DNA of 63,628 nt, the filler included, from Octopus bimaculoides (lineage: Eukaryota), in assembly GCF_001194135.2 (NCBI RefSeq). It is 9 parts of 8 records of this genome, joined end to end, with 100 filler letters (N's around TTAATTAATTAA, not from the genome) between each part and the next. Parts side by side here need not be neighbours in the genome. Positions count along the whole stretch, not along the records: positions 1 to 2,435 come from NW_026409309.1; positions 2,536 to 15,996 come from NC_068988.1; 7 more parts are not named here. One strand, 5' to 3'. A program made the translations under genes and the position numbers. How positions within the stretch are numbered: position 1 is the stretch's first letter; every line of letters begins with the position of its first letter. The notes under the pieces were generated by a model. It saw only the letters and a list, made by a program, of their open reading frames with translations. It was not told the origin of the DNA and did no database searches. This document shows, piece after piece, positions 1-12,515 of the stretch.

Positions 1-18
1 TTGTCTATACAACAACGA

Positions 19-51
<33 letters not shown>

Positions 52-760
52 GCACACACATTCTCACATTATTTTGTAATCACTTCACATGTTATCAATG
101 TTCTGCCTTGCAAACATTCACAGATTTAACTGTTTTTAGATAGATAGATACATACATACATACATACATACATACATACATACATACATACATACATACA
201 TACATACATACATGTTACACGTGTGCGGATGAGAGAGTATGAGCAATATTTCTATATGTTAAAGTAAGTGTTTGTTAAAAATATTTCTTCTGTGTTATTG
301 TATAACAATATACACTAACAAATATAATGCTAAAATCTGTTCGGAAAATTTATCTATTTTATTATATTTCTCAATTTTAAAATACTTGAGAAGTTGGAAG
401 ATATTCATAAAAGACGTGACTAAGTCTCAGAAAATCCTCACAGAGATATATTTGCAAAGCTATTATATATTAAGAAGAACCAGAATAAGAAGCGTTTGTA
501 TCGATGTGTAATACGATGCTGATATGGCGTACGAACGCAGTAAAACATCATAATGCTTACATGGAAGGTTGCTGACCTTGGCATAGAGATTCGGATATTG
601 AATCAGTGAACCAGTGGTCTGCAAGAAGATTTTGGACTTTGGATGGATTTAAATATAAATATCCAGATAATCCTTGATTCAATATATAATCTATACACTT
701 GCTTGCAAAAATGTGTAGAGTCATAGTCACATATAAACCTCATATACGCCTATATATATG

Positions 761-840
<80 letters not shown>

Positions 841-882
841 ATACATATATATGTATATATATATGTATATGTATTTTACACA

Positions 883-958
<76 letters not shown>

Positions 959-1652
959 CGTATACATACGTACATAGATACGAATGTGGGCACACACGCA
1001 TACAAACACTCATGCACGCACACACATTCGCATACACACTCGTATGTATGTGTGCGTGCGTTTCGTTTACGGAAATATTGAAACGAGACCAGAAAGAGAG
1101 AAACGTATTTCATTGATTATCAAATATCCAATGCTTTAGGAATAAGACTAATCATTATTTTAACGGCTCTGGGGTGAAGGGAGTGGTATCAAGCTAACTG
1201 ATATAATCTGAAAATAAAATATATTGACAAAACCAAAGCGTATTGACATAAGTAAAAAGTAAATCTAATGACTAAGCAGTCGCATTAAAAGTAAAAATAG
1301 TTTCAAAACGATTTATTATTTCTATCCAACTTTGACTAGACAAATCATTATGATTAAACTAACCATTATGAATTAATTAAACGTTGAACCGAAACAAACT
1401 ATGGAAAATAAGTTAACTATAGTGACTAAACAATGGCTATTAAACTAGCTATTGTGACAAATATATTTTGACAAAACTAACTGTGGTAAAGAAATTAATT
1501 GTTCTCACTAAACTAAGTACAGTGACTGCATGTACGTATACATAAAATGCGCTTTTACAGGAAGGCGTTCAGCAATCGCTCATTATCACATGGAGGGTAG
1601 TACACATCTAGATAGATAGATAGATACATACATACATACATACATACATACA

Positions 1653-1683
<31 letters not shown>

Positions 1684-1849
1684 GCACCAAAGTTGTTAAA
1701 ACTAATTCTTGGCTAAAGAAATCAAATTTCTTCTGAGTGCTGTTCCATAGTAAGTGGATCTCGTAGAATTGAAATATTAAGCAATAAAATATAAATTTAA
1801 ATTTCTTAAGAAAAATTTGCTTCATCCATCTATCTTATCTGCCCATTAT

Positions 1850-2250
1850 TCTTGGAAGAGTTGTGTGTAGCTGAGGTAGAGCTTTCAGGCATCTTGTCCA
1901 TAGGGTCCTATTAGAAGAAATTGTCATTGAACTTTCCAGCTGGAATCCCGAGTGTATTTAGCTAAGATTATGAGTATTATACAACCATCTTGTTATTGGT
2001 TTTCTCAAGTTCTCCTGTCGTTTGTCTCGGTCTGAGCGATTCGTTTTGCGAAATTCTTCTGTGACATTCTAATCACTTGTCCATTGTACGGGAGCTGTGA
2101 TCGCTCAGTGCGGAGAAGTATCGACTCGACCTTGAAGGACTCTCTCATTTCGGAATAACAAACTATGCCGTGAAACGTTACTCCACAGATCTTTCGGATG
2201 AATCGCATTTTGGTCACTTGTATTCGCGATCGCACTCTTTCGGTCACAAT
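1850..2250 (-). mobile_element. RTE-clade LINE ORF2 C-terminal fragment (decayed)
   Basis: Translates as RIQVTKMRFIRKICGVT...LLRTERSQL..GQVIRM, then after a frameshift RPITRW..., typical of the region after the RTE RT domain. Confidence 0.8.
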
Positions 2251-2435
2251 CCAACATGTGCGCGTGTATCTATGTGTGTTTTAATGTCTATATGGAGAGG
2301 ATTTGACAAAAACTGTTGATATTGTAAGGTGCCATGCAGTGGGACTGAATCCGGAGCCATATGGGTTGGGAAGCAACGCCTGCGCCTATATGTATATGCA
2401 TATTATATCCATATATATATATATATATATATATA

Positions 2436-2535
2436 NNNNNNNNNNNNNNNNNNNNNNNNNNNNNNNNNNNNNNNNNNNNTTAATTAATTAANNNNNNNNN
2501 NNNNNNNNNNNNNNNNNNNNNNNNNNNNNNNNNNN
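2436..2535. other. Artificial scaffold-joining spacer (44N-TTAATTAATTAA-44N); also at 15997-16096, 22650-22749, 27484-27583, 38876-38975, 43151-43250, 51761-51860, 56253-56352
   Basis: The identical 100-bp layout occurs eight times; the 12-mer puts stop codons in all six frames. Confidence 0.97.
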
Positions 2536-2544
2536 AACTACATG

Positions 2545-2750
2545 TAAAGGTGGTGAGTCAGTGGAAATGTTAGCATGCTGGGCAAAATGCTTATGGTCAT
2601 TTCATCTGTCTTTATGTTCTAAGTTCAAATTCCGCCAAAATCAACATCACCGTTTATCCGTTTAGTGTCGATAAAATAAATACCAACTGAGATCTGCGGT
2701 CGACATAATTGACTTACACCCAACCCTCATGTGCCAAAATTTCAAACTAA
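2545..2750 (+). mobile_element. tRNA-derived SINE family B, diverged copy
   Basis: Similar to 21890-22105 (GAGCTGGCAGA..GTTAGCA..GGGCGAAATGCTT..GTTCAAATTCCGCCGAGGTCGAC). Confidence 0.7.
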
Positions 2751-3309
2751 TATGACTATACATAAGCTCCTTTACCGGGTTAACCTTGATCAAATAGATT
2801 TATGACTTAGTCCAGCTATGACCATCCTGTTTTTACCTATTCACAGAAAACCAGGAACCACATTAGTCAACATATCCTATTTTAAGAGAGTAGGGTTTGA
2901 ATGAAAGATGAGTTTGCTGCTATTTCTAGCAGATTCAATGAACACACAGAGTTTCATTCAGTTCAATATAATTTGCATTGAAGCATACAATATTTCTGTC
3001 ACTTCACCCATCAACAGTTCAACACCCAGATATTGACTCTCAAGGATGAAATACTCAATATTTAATGGTATATCGTATATCATTGTATTTCAGCTGTCAA
3101 AATACTACATTGGCTACTAAAACACATATGATAGCAAGAACAACAACAATTACAATGAGGACAACAATAAAGTAACATTATTACAGTGGGTGGGAAACAA
3201 CATTGTTACAGTGGGTGGTATACACCTTATTAGTTGGTGAATCACATTAGCATAATACAATTAATACAATACTTTCTAACTTATGTGTGCATATGTGTGT
3301 GAAAATAAA

Positions 3310-3600
3310 TCTATATACATAAAATGGAGAATGTGTGTGTGTGTGTGTCTGTCTGTATGTATGTATGTATGTATGTGTGCATCACTAAAACTTGAGAACT
3401 ACCCAGCCGATTTCATTCAAATTTTACACATGCCATATTTAGGGTCCATAGAGTGTCATGAGCCAAAAAACTTCTTGCTTAATGCAAGCCTGGAGCAATC
3501 TCTTATCTCTTACACTGTTTAGGTATTACACATGTCAAAAGTGAAACGATAACATCTCTATTGTAATGTGATATAATAGTTTCACTACTATATGGTCTCA
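3310..3600 (+). mobile_element. Non-autonomous Helitron 5' portion
   Basis: A|TCTATATACATAAAA 5' terminus, GTCT/GTAT microsatellite, then AACTAC..CCGATTTCATTCAAATTT; homologous to 49490-49860. Confidence 0.7.
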
Positions 3601-3676
3601 ATGTCAATTACTTACACTATGTATAGATATGTTAGTTTCATTTCTATTAGTTTTACTACGTAATTATATATGTTTG

Positions 3677-3714
<38 letters not shown>

Positions 3715-3759
3715 ATTTGTACACTCATCTATTATTATTCATTCATTTCGATATATATA

Positions 3760-3805
3760 TGCTAACTATCAGCCATTTTGTATACAAAATGGTTGATAGT
3801 TAGCA
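3760..3805. repeat. 46-bp loopless palindrome
   Basis: TGCTAACTATCAGCCATTTTGTA|TACAAAATGGTTGATAGTTAGCA, with one G-T mismatch. Confidence 0.95.
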
Positions 3806-3841
3806 AGGTGGGACACACATAAGAAAGAAGAAAGCAAAGGA

Positions 3842-3881
3842 CTACTGATGAGGTCACAGAAGTGTGACGAAAGAACTCTGG
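3842..3881 (+). ncRNA. Minimal type I hammerhead ribozyme motif, partly decayed
   Basis: CTA-CTGATGA-G-GTCACA(GAAG)TGTGAC-GAA-AGAACT-C-TGG. Core intact, stems I and III weak; about 320 bp upstream of a PLE RT. Confidence 0.6.
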
Positions 3882-4129
3882 CTGAAATAAGATTAAGATT
3901 AATGTAATATAAAGCTGAAGCAAATTAACACCAAATATACAGTGCGTGTGTTTTTATTGGCTAAACTGGCAATATGACCATCCCCAAGTACAACATCTGT
4001 TTCAACACACGATTTCACATCAAAAATCTTGCAAAACAAATATATATATATATATATATACATATAAATATACATGTGTATCTATCTATATATATATATA
4101 TACATGCATATAAATGTACATGTATATAT

Positions 4130-4176
<47 letters not shown>

Positions 4177-4198
4177 AATAACAAATGATAGACAGAAG

Positions 4199-5135
4199 AT
4201 GGAATATACGAGACACACAAAAACTGGTTCAGTTTACATTGTTGATATTGATCTATGTAGGTCTATGATTAGGAAGGAATTACACAGCAAATATAGACAT
4301 GCTAGTAATGACATATTAAAGAGAATCAACAATACAGGGCTACAAATCATCAAAGATCTAGCCATTGATGATAGAACAGAACCCTACGTTCCCCCAAAAC
4401 CCCGGATTTTGCTTAAGGACCATAAACGTAACTTTCTTATCGACCCCCTCAGTTAGATTGATTTGCCCTTCTAAATCCGATATAGATATTATTAGTAAAA
4501 GTATCATTGACAGAGCATGGAAAATTCCAATTTGTCCCGACATGAAATAAATATTATTCTTGCTGTGCAAGCCACTTTAGTAGATTTTGATGGTACATTA
4601 TGGAGTAGATTAGATAGGGAAAATGCATTTGATATAGCAATGGGCTCACATGATTCTGCTCAGGCCAGTGACCTAGTCAGAATATATATATATATCCTTT
4701 CATTAATCCAGTCTTCCTTTCCTGAAGTAACAGGGGGTCTATATAGGGATGATGCCTTACTTTTTTTAGACACAAGTAGTAAAGTACAATAGAAAGGCAT
4801 AGGAAAAAATTTCTTTAGACTTTCCAAAAATTTAGGACTAAATATTACTATAGGTAAGGATTATCGTAGAGTGAATTTTGTTGACGCTACCTTCTGTCTT
4901 GATTCTGGATTATTTAAACCATTTAATAAATTGAATGATCATATTAAGTACATTAACATAGCATCCAACCATTCACCCATGATTTTACAGGGATTAGTTA
5001 AGAATATTTCTCCTAGAATTTCTAGATTATCTGCTACCAGAAAAATTTTTGAATCTCATAATCTTATTATGATGATGCTCTAGCTAAGGCTGGGTACCGT
5101 AATAGAATTCAATATATACAAGATGCAAGCTCAAG
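4199..5135 (+). mobile_element. Penelope-like element RT, copy 1 (frameshifted, internally deleted)
   Basis: LKDHKRNF..VRLICPSKSDI..ISK, FDIAMGS, GLYRDDA, VNFVDAT, YINIASNHSP. The WF/FDI segment present in copy 3 is missing. Confidence 0.9.
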
Positions 5136-5399
5136 AAACACTGGTAATTCCTACAACTGTAATACACACACATATATGTATATGCATACATAGGGACGCC
5201 ATTTGCTAGAGAGGCCAAAGCTAGGGTTTGAAGAAAAGCTATAAAGCTAAGCACTTTATGGACATGATACCCAGGGTAACCCCACAGACCAGCCATATGT
5301 ATCTTTATCTATTTACATATGTACATACGTACATATATACATACATACATATAATGCAATATGTAATGTAATAACTTGGTATTTTCTACTCAACAGATT

Positions 5400-5900
5400 A
5401 TACTCCATTTTTTTAATATTTATTGTATTTATGTCATGAGCACATTTACAAAAAAGAAAATTTTTTTCATTGTTTCATGCAAATTTGCACACATTGTTTG
5501 TAACATACTTTTTTTGTGAATGAACAATTTTTACCTACCATGACAATTGCATTTTTTTTATCGAAATTCTATTCACTTGGATATTCTCTCTCTGTTGTTC
5601 CTTAACAACCACATTTAACTGTTTATATTTCTTACATTAATTTGTTCAACTTTATTTACATCTTTGGTCAATTTTTTATACCATCTCAATGATCTTTAAA
5701 GCCAACTAAAACGATGACCAATGATAATCTGAACACAACAGTACAGCATGTATTATTTGAACCAGCTCCTTATGAAACTTCTTATCATTGCGACAGCTGG
5801 TTATCCACTTTCTCTAGAAAAATTTTAATCAACCTCTATGAATGTAATGGTTATGAAAATTATCACTATTTTGGCCAAATGACCCAGATATATCATTAGG
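5400..5900 (-). mobile_element. Possible inverted, heavily decayed PLE GIY-YIG C-terminal remnant
   Basis: Broken minus-strand frames give MWLLRNN, W*VKI..KKY..NNVCKF..NEK and KCAH, loosely matching IW.LK / W.I..A..Y..C.LC..EK / C.H. Confidence 0.25.
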
Positions 5901-6018
5901 TAAAAGTTCAGATTACCACATATATATAAAAAAAAATAATGAAATTAATACAGATCAGGAGAATGGAGATTTGTACATCCAAGTTTTATTATACAGTTAA
6001 TAACATCACTCTTTGTCA

Positions 6019-6105
6019 AGACTTATGCGTGTTTCCACTGCTAGCCACTGCACACTGTTAAGTGTGCAATTGGTGTTAATTATCAGTGCAAATTCATCAG
6101 AGTCT
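6019..6105 (-). ncRNA. Type I hammerhead motif with enlarged domain II (decayed)
   Basis: AGACT-CTGATGA-(58 nt including the TGCACACT/AGTGTGCA hairpin)-GAA-ACACGCAT-A-AGTCT. Stem I is a perfect 5 bp; stem III is mismatched. Confidence 0.55.
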
Positions 6106-6426
6106 ATTATTACTACTGATCGGATATCATCTGACAGGAGTATGAACTTGACCAAAATTATTCCCTTATGTAGTGTTAGCGCTTCTATAAATAGTAACAT
6201 ATCTCTTGACCTTCATATTACCCTGGCTAGTTAAGAATTTATTGCTACATTTGGTCTTAAAGTAGGTCAATGTTCTTGTATGTTCCTGCAAATTCTTAAT
6301 TCAAATCCTTGATTGCCATCATTCTGCTAATGTATAATAGTATTCTTATTTTTTTTAAAAGGTATCCAATTACTTTTGGGTTTGTTATCGTTATTACAAT
6401 TATTAAACTATGGGTCTGTTATTTTC

Positions 6427-6490
6427 CTGATGAAGTTGCACCAATACTAAACACCGAGATGCACACTTAACAGTGTGTAGCAGAGGAAAT
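6427..6490 (+). ncRNA. Partial hammerhead motif homologous to 6019-6105, opposite orientation
   Basis: CTGATGAAGTTGCAC..TGCACACTTAACAGTGTG..GCAGAG-GAAA; stems I and III are lost. Confidence 0.4.
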
Positions 6491-6505
6491 GATCTTTATT
6501 AATTT

Positions 6506-6541
<36 letters not shown>

Positions 6542-6589
6542 TTATTTATTTATTTATTTATGTGTTTCAGCCAAGTGGCTGTGGTCATA

Positions 6590-8900
6590 ACTTTTACACT
6601 AACCCTACTGTTAGACTCATTTGCCCTTCTAAATCAGACTTTGGTAGGATAAGTAAGCTTGTCATAGGTAAGTACATACCTACAATTAGGAATGTCATTA
6701 AATTTAAACTATGGTCTAGTTCATATAAGGTAACTGACTGGTTTACTAAAATCCCAGATAAAAACAAGACAAGATTCATGCAAATCGACATATCTAACTA
6801 TTATGCTTCCATTAATCCTCTCCTCTTAAATAAGGCACTCATGTTTGTTATGAGAAACTCAGCACTTACTAGAGTAGAAGTAGACATTATTTTAGCGGCT
6901 AGGAAATCAATTATAAAATTTGAGGAAGAGTACTGGGTGAGAAAGGACAGACCAGAGATATTTGATATAACTATGGGATCAGCAGAGTCTGCACAAGTAA
7001 CAGACTTAGTAGGGATGTACATTTTATTCTGCCTGTATAAGGAACTCCCAGAAATAGGAGTAGTCCTATACAGAGATGATGCACTTTTCACCCAGTTTAA
7101 CCCCTCAAACTGGGACATAGAAAAATATAGGAAAAAATTTCTTAAGGTTCTTTAAAAACATATACTCTCAATATCTATAGAAGAGAAACATAACTCAGTC
7201 AACTTTCTTCATGCAAATTTAGATCTAAGTACAAGTATACACAGGCCTTATCATAAACCTAATACAAACCTTAGATACATTCATAAAAATAGCATTCACC
7301 CAAAAAGTATAACCCGATCAATAGTAGAAAATATACCAATCCAAATTAATAAACTCTCAGCAAACTAAATGAGGACTTTAATAATTTCACATTAGAGAAG
7401 GCAGGATATAGAGAAAAATTAAAATTTCATAATAGTATTAATAGTACAAATAATATAAGTAGTGAGATGGACCATACTGTCAATAATCATGATAGTATGC
7501 TTAATATGGAAAACAGTATTAATCAAATTGAACAAACAGTAAGAAGTGTTAAGGATAGGAAATCTGTGCAATTAGAATATAACAATCGAGTTCCTAGAAA
7601 CAACAAGAAGAGTACAAATTAAATTCAATGTGTGCCAAATAAAGTACAAAGTAGCTTAGATAGGAATGGACCTACTGAGAGGTTCCATTTAGATAGGGTA
7701 GGTAAACAATACATAAACTCTATAAATAGTAATATACAAATATTTGACAAATATAATGTCAAATATAATAGTAAACAAACCCAATGCTGTAATAAGAACC
7801 AGATAAAGAGATTACACACTTTTTCAAAAAGCTTAGGTAGAAACAGAAATACATACCTTAGTAACATGGATATCTCTAGCTATATTGAATGGTATATAAT
7901 TCCCTTTGGAAAACAAATAATTTCCAATATACTGAAATTGCTTTATTCAGCATTGACTAAATATTTTCCAAAAGACAGTAAATATAATACAGAACTGATG
8001 AGCTCTTCCCTTCCTTAAGTTCTGTACCAGCACGCTAAGCAAGAACATGGAGTAAATATAATATTTTTAATAAAAAGCAGGTTAGATTAGCTTTCTGTAA
8101 TAGCAAAAATCTAGCACAAATTATAGCTACACACAATGATAATGAATTTAAACGTTTCCATGAGTAGTAGCAATAATAGTAACCAGAATAATAATTATAA
8201 ATCAATAAATAGTAACAATGTCAACATGAGCAGACAAACTGTGGGTGACACAGCTGGGTATCAGGATAGGAGCTACGGTTTGACAACCAATGGAGTTGAA
8301 GAGACCTGATGGAGCTCCACAGTTGTCCTGGAAGTAGTGGATATGAATCCTAAAGGGCAAAGTGCTCAGTGTTTTCTCTGTGGAGAGGACTAATAGCTTA
8401 GAAGATAGACAGGAGAATACAAAAATCACATTTAGAGTAGATGAAGTGGATGATAGTGATGGAAATTCTAGAACTATTAGTTGTGATTGTGTAAGGTACA
8501 GGGTCTGTCTGCTTGAAACATAAAAACATTGTATACAGATGTAAGATTACCCCAGAGAATAGAGAATATTTCTATATAGGAGCTAGCTCATGTTATATTA
8601 AGCAGAGAATTGCCAATCATTTAAATTCATTTAGAAATAGGGACAAAATGAATACTACCAGCATTAGGAAGTTAATTTGGGCACTATAAGATAGTAAGAA
8701 AGTATTTTTCAGTGCTTGGGAAATTATTAGTAAAGCAAAACCTTATAGAATAGGCAATAATATATGTAACTTTGGTGTGGAGGAAATGTACCAAATTTTC
8801 TTTCTAAATATACCATTATAAACACTAGACAAGAACAGGCTATGAGATGTCCACATTGGATTAAATATATGTTTAAACGATTTAAAGAAACATAAATTAA
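6590..8900 (+). mobile_element. Penelope-like element, copy 2: RT + long linker + C-terminal GIY-YIG endonuclease (pseudogenised)
   Basis: RT motifs FMQIDISNYYASI, FDITMGS, LYRDDA. From 8525: NIVYRCKI..YFYIG...KQRIANH..SF..IW..WEIISKAKPY..C, preceded by a Cys-rich SCDC..VCLL motif. Several stops and frameshifts. Confidence 0.9.
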
Positions 8901-8949
8901 ATGCTAAAACATTCCCAGGTGAAGAATGCACCCCACAACATAGGTTAGT

Positions 8950-9995
8950 AGGTCAAGATCAGGGCTAAATGGTTTCCCAGAAGACGACCAGTAAGGAAAA
9001 GAAGGGTCTGGAAGTTTAAGGATCCTCTGAATGGACAGAGATTTAGAGATATAATACTTGAAGCATTTGATGAAAAAGAGGATATAGCATCACATAATGT
9101 GGAGGACAACTGGAGGTTCCTACAGGACAACCTGTTGAGAGCCACTAACCAAATCTGTGGCTAGTGAAAAGTCCCCTTTCAACCTAAGGTAACGTGGTGG
9201 TGGAACAATGTTGTTGACAGGGCCATTAAGGAAAAGAAACAGACATAGAAGGACTGGAAGTGTGGTAGTAGCAAGGAACAGTATCAAATCACCAGAAGGG
9301 AAGCTAGGAGACAGGTTTATTTAGCCAGAGGGGAAGCAGATAAGAAAAAATTTGCCAATGTTCTGTGTTGTGAGGACCAGAGACTTGAAGTGTTTCATAT
9401 TGCAAGACAGTGTGTGAGAGAGGATTGTGATATCATAGGGGAGAAATGTGTTGGCATGGATCATGGCTCACTTGCATTTAATGATGCTGCAAAGAGAGAC
9501 ACTTGGAAACACCACTATGAAAGGTTGCTAAATGAAGAGAATGAATGGGAGAAAGAGAGTCTGCCAAATGTCGACCCAACAAAGGGACGAGCTATTTGAA
9601 TTGACAGTACCTTGGTAGATAAAGTAATTAAGGGCATGAAGACAGGGAAAGCTCCTGGCCCGTCAGGAATCACTGCAGAGATGCTTAAAATATCTGGCGG
9701 TGTAGGCTCTATTTTAGTCACCCATATAGTCAACTAGGTGATACATGAAGGAGTCACACCCATTGACTGGTGTAGCAGCACCATAGTCAACTGCTATAAA
9801 GGTAAAGGCGAGGCATTAGACAGGAATAATTACAGAGGTATCAAACTGTTGGACCAGGTGATGAAAGTCACGGAGAGGGTCACAGCCGAACTAGTTAGGG
9901 AGAGAATTAGTTTAGATGAGATGCAATTTGGGTTTGTGCCAGGGAGAAACACCATTGATGCTGTATTACTGGTAAGACAGCTGCAGGAGAAACTG
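8950..9995 (+). mobile_element. RTE-clade LINE ORF2 fragment (linker and RT N-terminus)
   Basis: WWWNNVVDRAIKEK, GKAPGPSGITAEMLK, YKGKGEALDRNNYRGIKLLDQVMKV, MQFGFVPGR.TIDA..VRQLQEK. Confidence 0.93.
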
Positions 9996-10202
9996 GAATA
10001 AAATTTTATTCCAGTCTTGATCACAACTGTCCAACAAACAGATACGAAACTCTGACTAACAGTTTTTTTGTGATGTTTTTGCAGCTTTAATAAAAAAGCA
10101 TTTTACTCTACCTTCACTACTTGAGTACTATTTTTTTCCACCTTGTATTGCATTTATATGTTTGTTCATATATATACATATATGTGTGTGTATACACACA
10201 CA

Positions 10203-11002
10203 CAGAGTTTCAGACTAAATTTAATGACCTTTTATGCTCTTCTTTTCAAAAACAACTTGATATATTGGTGAACAGTCAATGGCATTGGAGAGCATAAAGA
10301 TTTAAGTTGTAATTGAGAAAAGTTAGCTGACATAGAGGACTAGAAGTCATCTAAACATTGGAAGAGAGTTACCTGTATCATGATGATTTGTACCAAGTAT
10401 CAAAATGCTGACATCATGGCTGCTGTTCAGTGAACTGTGGACACTACATAGACAGCTGCAACAAGAGTCTAAGATGTTGTTGCCAGCAGGAAGGGACACA
10501 GCAGACGTTCTGGCTGCATGCACATCCCAAAATTCATCTTCATATCCTTGAACAGGGCTGGATAGGGTTGCTACTGGAAGGCCATATGTGTAGCAACAAG
10601 ATTCTGCTCCTAACTATAACTTAAGAAAGTGTTTGCTGCAGAAATTGCTCCAACTTCAGTATCAATTTCTGGCCTCCTAATTTCCCCAACTGTAATTCCA
10701 TGGATCACTATGTGTGAGGGGCAGAGACACCAGCCACTCTGCCTGCAACATCAAGATCAAGCTGGTCGCCAACATCAAGGAGGTGTTTACTAACCTCCTC
10801 AGGGACACAATAAGGAATACATGCACCAGATTCAAAGTGCTGTCTTGGAAGCTGATGGTGGCTTCTTTGAGTAAACTGTTATCTCCCAACAATAATCTAA
10901 TCAATATTTATTTTTCAATACTTTTATTTTTGGACGGGATATTATGTTGTTTTTTTTTTCCCCTTTTATGCAAACTGTCAAATTTAGTCCGAACACCCTG
11001 TA
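10203..11002. mobile_element. Tc1/mariner-derived non-autonomous TIR element (~800 bp)
   Basis: Left end CAGAGTTTCAGACTAAATTT versus reverse complement of the right end CAGGGTGTTCGGACTAAATTT. Confidence 0.6.
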
Positions 11003-11337
11003 TATACGTTACACACACAAATTTGTCCAGTAATTGCATCTTAACAATGTCATTATAGTCATGAATATTCGTGTTATGTTAAAACCATTATTATTATTAT
11101 TTTATAACAATAATACCTGTTATCATTATTTTAAATAGCTATTGTTATTGCACAATAAATATAATAACTTCAAATGAAAATAAGAATATAATTATTGTTA
11201 TAAAATAATCATAAAGCTAAAATGTACACAACAGTTTGTGTGTCTTTTCAACGACTAACACACACCTACAACAATTGAATTGATATACACATCTATATAT
11301 GTGAATGTGTGTGTTTTTGCATGTCTGTATGTGCATG

Positions 11338-11490
11338 TGTGTGTGTGGTAAAGTAGCTTGCTTACGAACCACATGGTTCCAGGTTCAGTCCCACTGTGTG
11401 GCACCTTGGGCAAGTGTCTTCTACTATAGCCTTGGGCCGACCAAAGACTTGTGAGTGGATTTGGTAGACGGAAACCAAAAGAAACCCGTC
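11338..11490 (+). mobile_element. tRNA-headed SINE family A (CORE-like CCTTGGGCAAG), 5' part
   Basis: GTGGTAAGTAGCTTGC..GGTTCAGTCCCACTG..GGCACCTTGGGCAAGTGTCTTCTACTATAGCC. The same family recurs at 2325-2386, 14690-14880, 35310-35382, 38650-38875, 58543-58700, 62645-62790 and 62950-63150. Confidence 0.85.
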
Positions 11491-11507
11491 ATATATATGT
11501 ATGTGTG

Positions 11508-11546
<39 letters not shown>

Positions 11547-11793
11547 NNNNNNNNNNNNNNNNNNNNNNNNNNNNNNNNNNNNNNNNNNNNNNNNNNNNNN
11601 NNNNNNNNNNNNNNNNNNNNNNNNNNNNNNNNNNNNNNNNNNNNNNNNNNNNNNNNNNNNNNNNNNNNNNNNNNNNNNNNNNNNNNNNNNNNNNNNNNNN
11701 NNNNNNNNNNNNNNNNNNNNNNNNNNNNNNNNNNNNNNNNNNNNNNNNNNNNNNNNNNNNNNNNNNNNNNNNNNNNNNNNNNNNNNNNNNNNN

Positions 11794-11822
<29 letters not shown>

Positions 11823-11827
<5 letters not shown>

Positions 11828-12032
11828 AGGTTGACCAAAAGTCAGCCGACAGCATATCAAACTTCCATAAATACTTAATATTCGATTTTATTTATTCATT
11901 CCAATTATGAATGCTGTGAGTTTTCAACATTTGTCTATTTATTAGCAAAGTCTCATTCAGTTGTTAAACATAACTAAATCTTGGAATTAAATGGTTTTGA
12001 TTTACTGTCAGGTGACTTTTGGACAACCCTGT
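11823..12032. mobile_element. Tc1/mariner-type MITE (~210 bp)
   Basis: TIRs TACAAGGTTGACCAAAAGTCAGC and reverse complement CACAGGGTTGTCCAAAAGTCACC. Confidence 0.75.
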
Positions 12033-12266
12033 GTGTGTGTGTGTGTGTATAGGGTATGAGAAATATTGGTGTCAAGAAGACCCAAAAGGTGGCAGGTAAC
12101 GCTAAGTAAGTGTTATGGATAGACCATGGTTAAGCTCCAGGTTCAATAATGATACAAGTGAGGAGTCCAACATGGGTCATGTATTAGCATGCATATATAT
12201 GAATTGACAAAATGAGATAAAAAATCCAAGGCTGTAGATAGTTTTCAGAATATTTATAAAGAAAAA

Positions 12267-12314
12267 GTCTTACAACTGTTTCCGGGATATTTTATATATC
12301 CCTTCATCAGAGAT
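12267..12314 (-). ncRNA. Minimal type I hammerhead, minus-polarity copy
   Basis: Reverse complement of the 12401-12448 motif; stem I reduced to 3 bp. Confidence 0.65.
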
Positions 12315-12400
12315 GGTGCAAGAAAATGTTTGAGCATTAATTATTATAGAGAAAATATGAAATACAGATAATAATGAATGCTCAAGCATTTTCTCGCATG

Positions 12401-12448
12401 GTCTCTGATGAAGGGATATATAAAATATCCCGGAAACAGTTGTAAGAC
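12401..12448 (+). ncRNA. Minimal type I hammerhead ribozyme; predicted GUA cleavage after 12444
   Basis: GTCT-CTGATGA-A-GGGATAT(ATAAA)ATATCCC-G-GAA-ACAGTTGT-A-AGAC. Full core, 4-bp stem I, 7-bp stem II, quasi-palindromic stem III. Confidence 0.75.
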
Positions 12449-12515
12449 TTTTTCTTTATAAATATTCTGAAAACTATTTACAGCATTGGATTTTTTTTAT
12501 CTCATTCTGTCAATT

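Noticed and set aside
699-1116. ORFs rich in YI/VC/HT/LS repeats here and throughout, and ORFs made of X
   Set aside because: They are translations of microsatellites or N gaps, not genes.
2303-2491. ORFs ending in ...LIN
   Set aside because: The ending comes from the artificial TTAATTAATTAA spacer.
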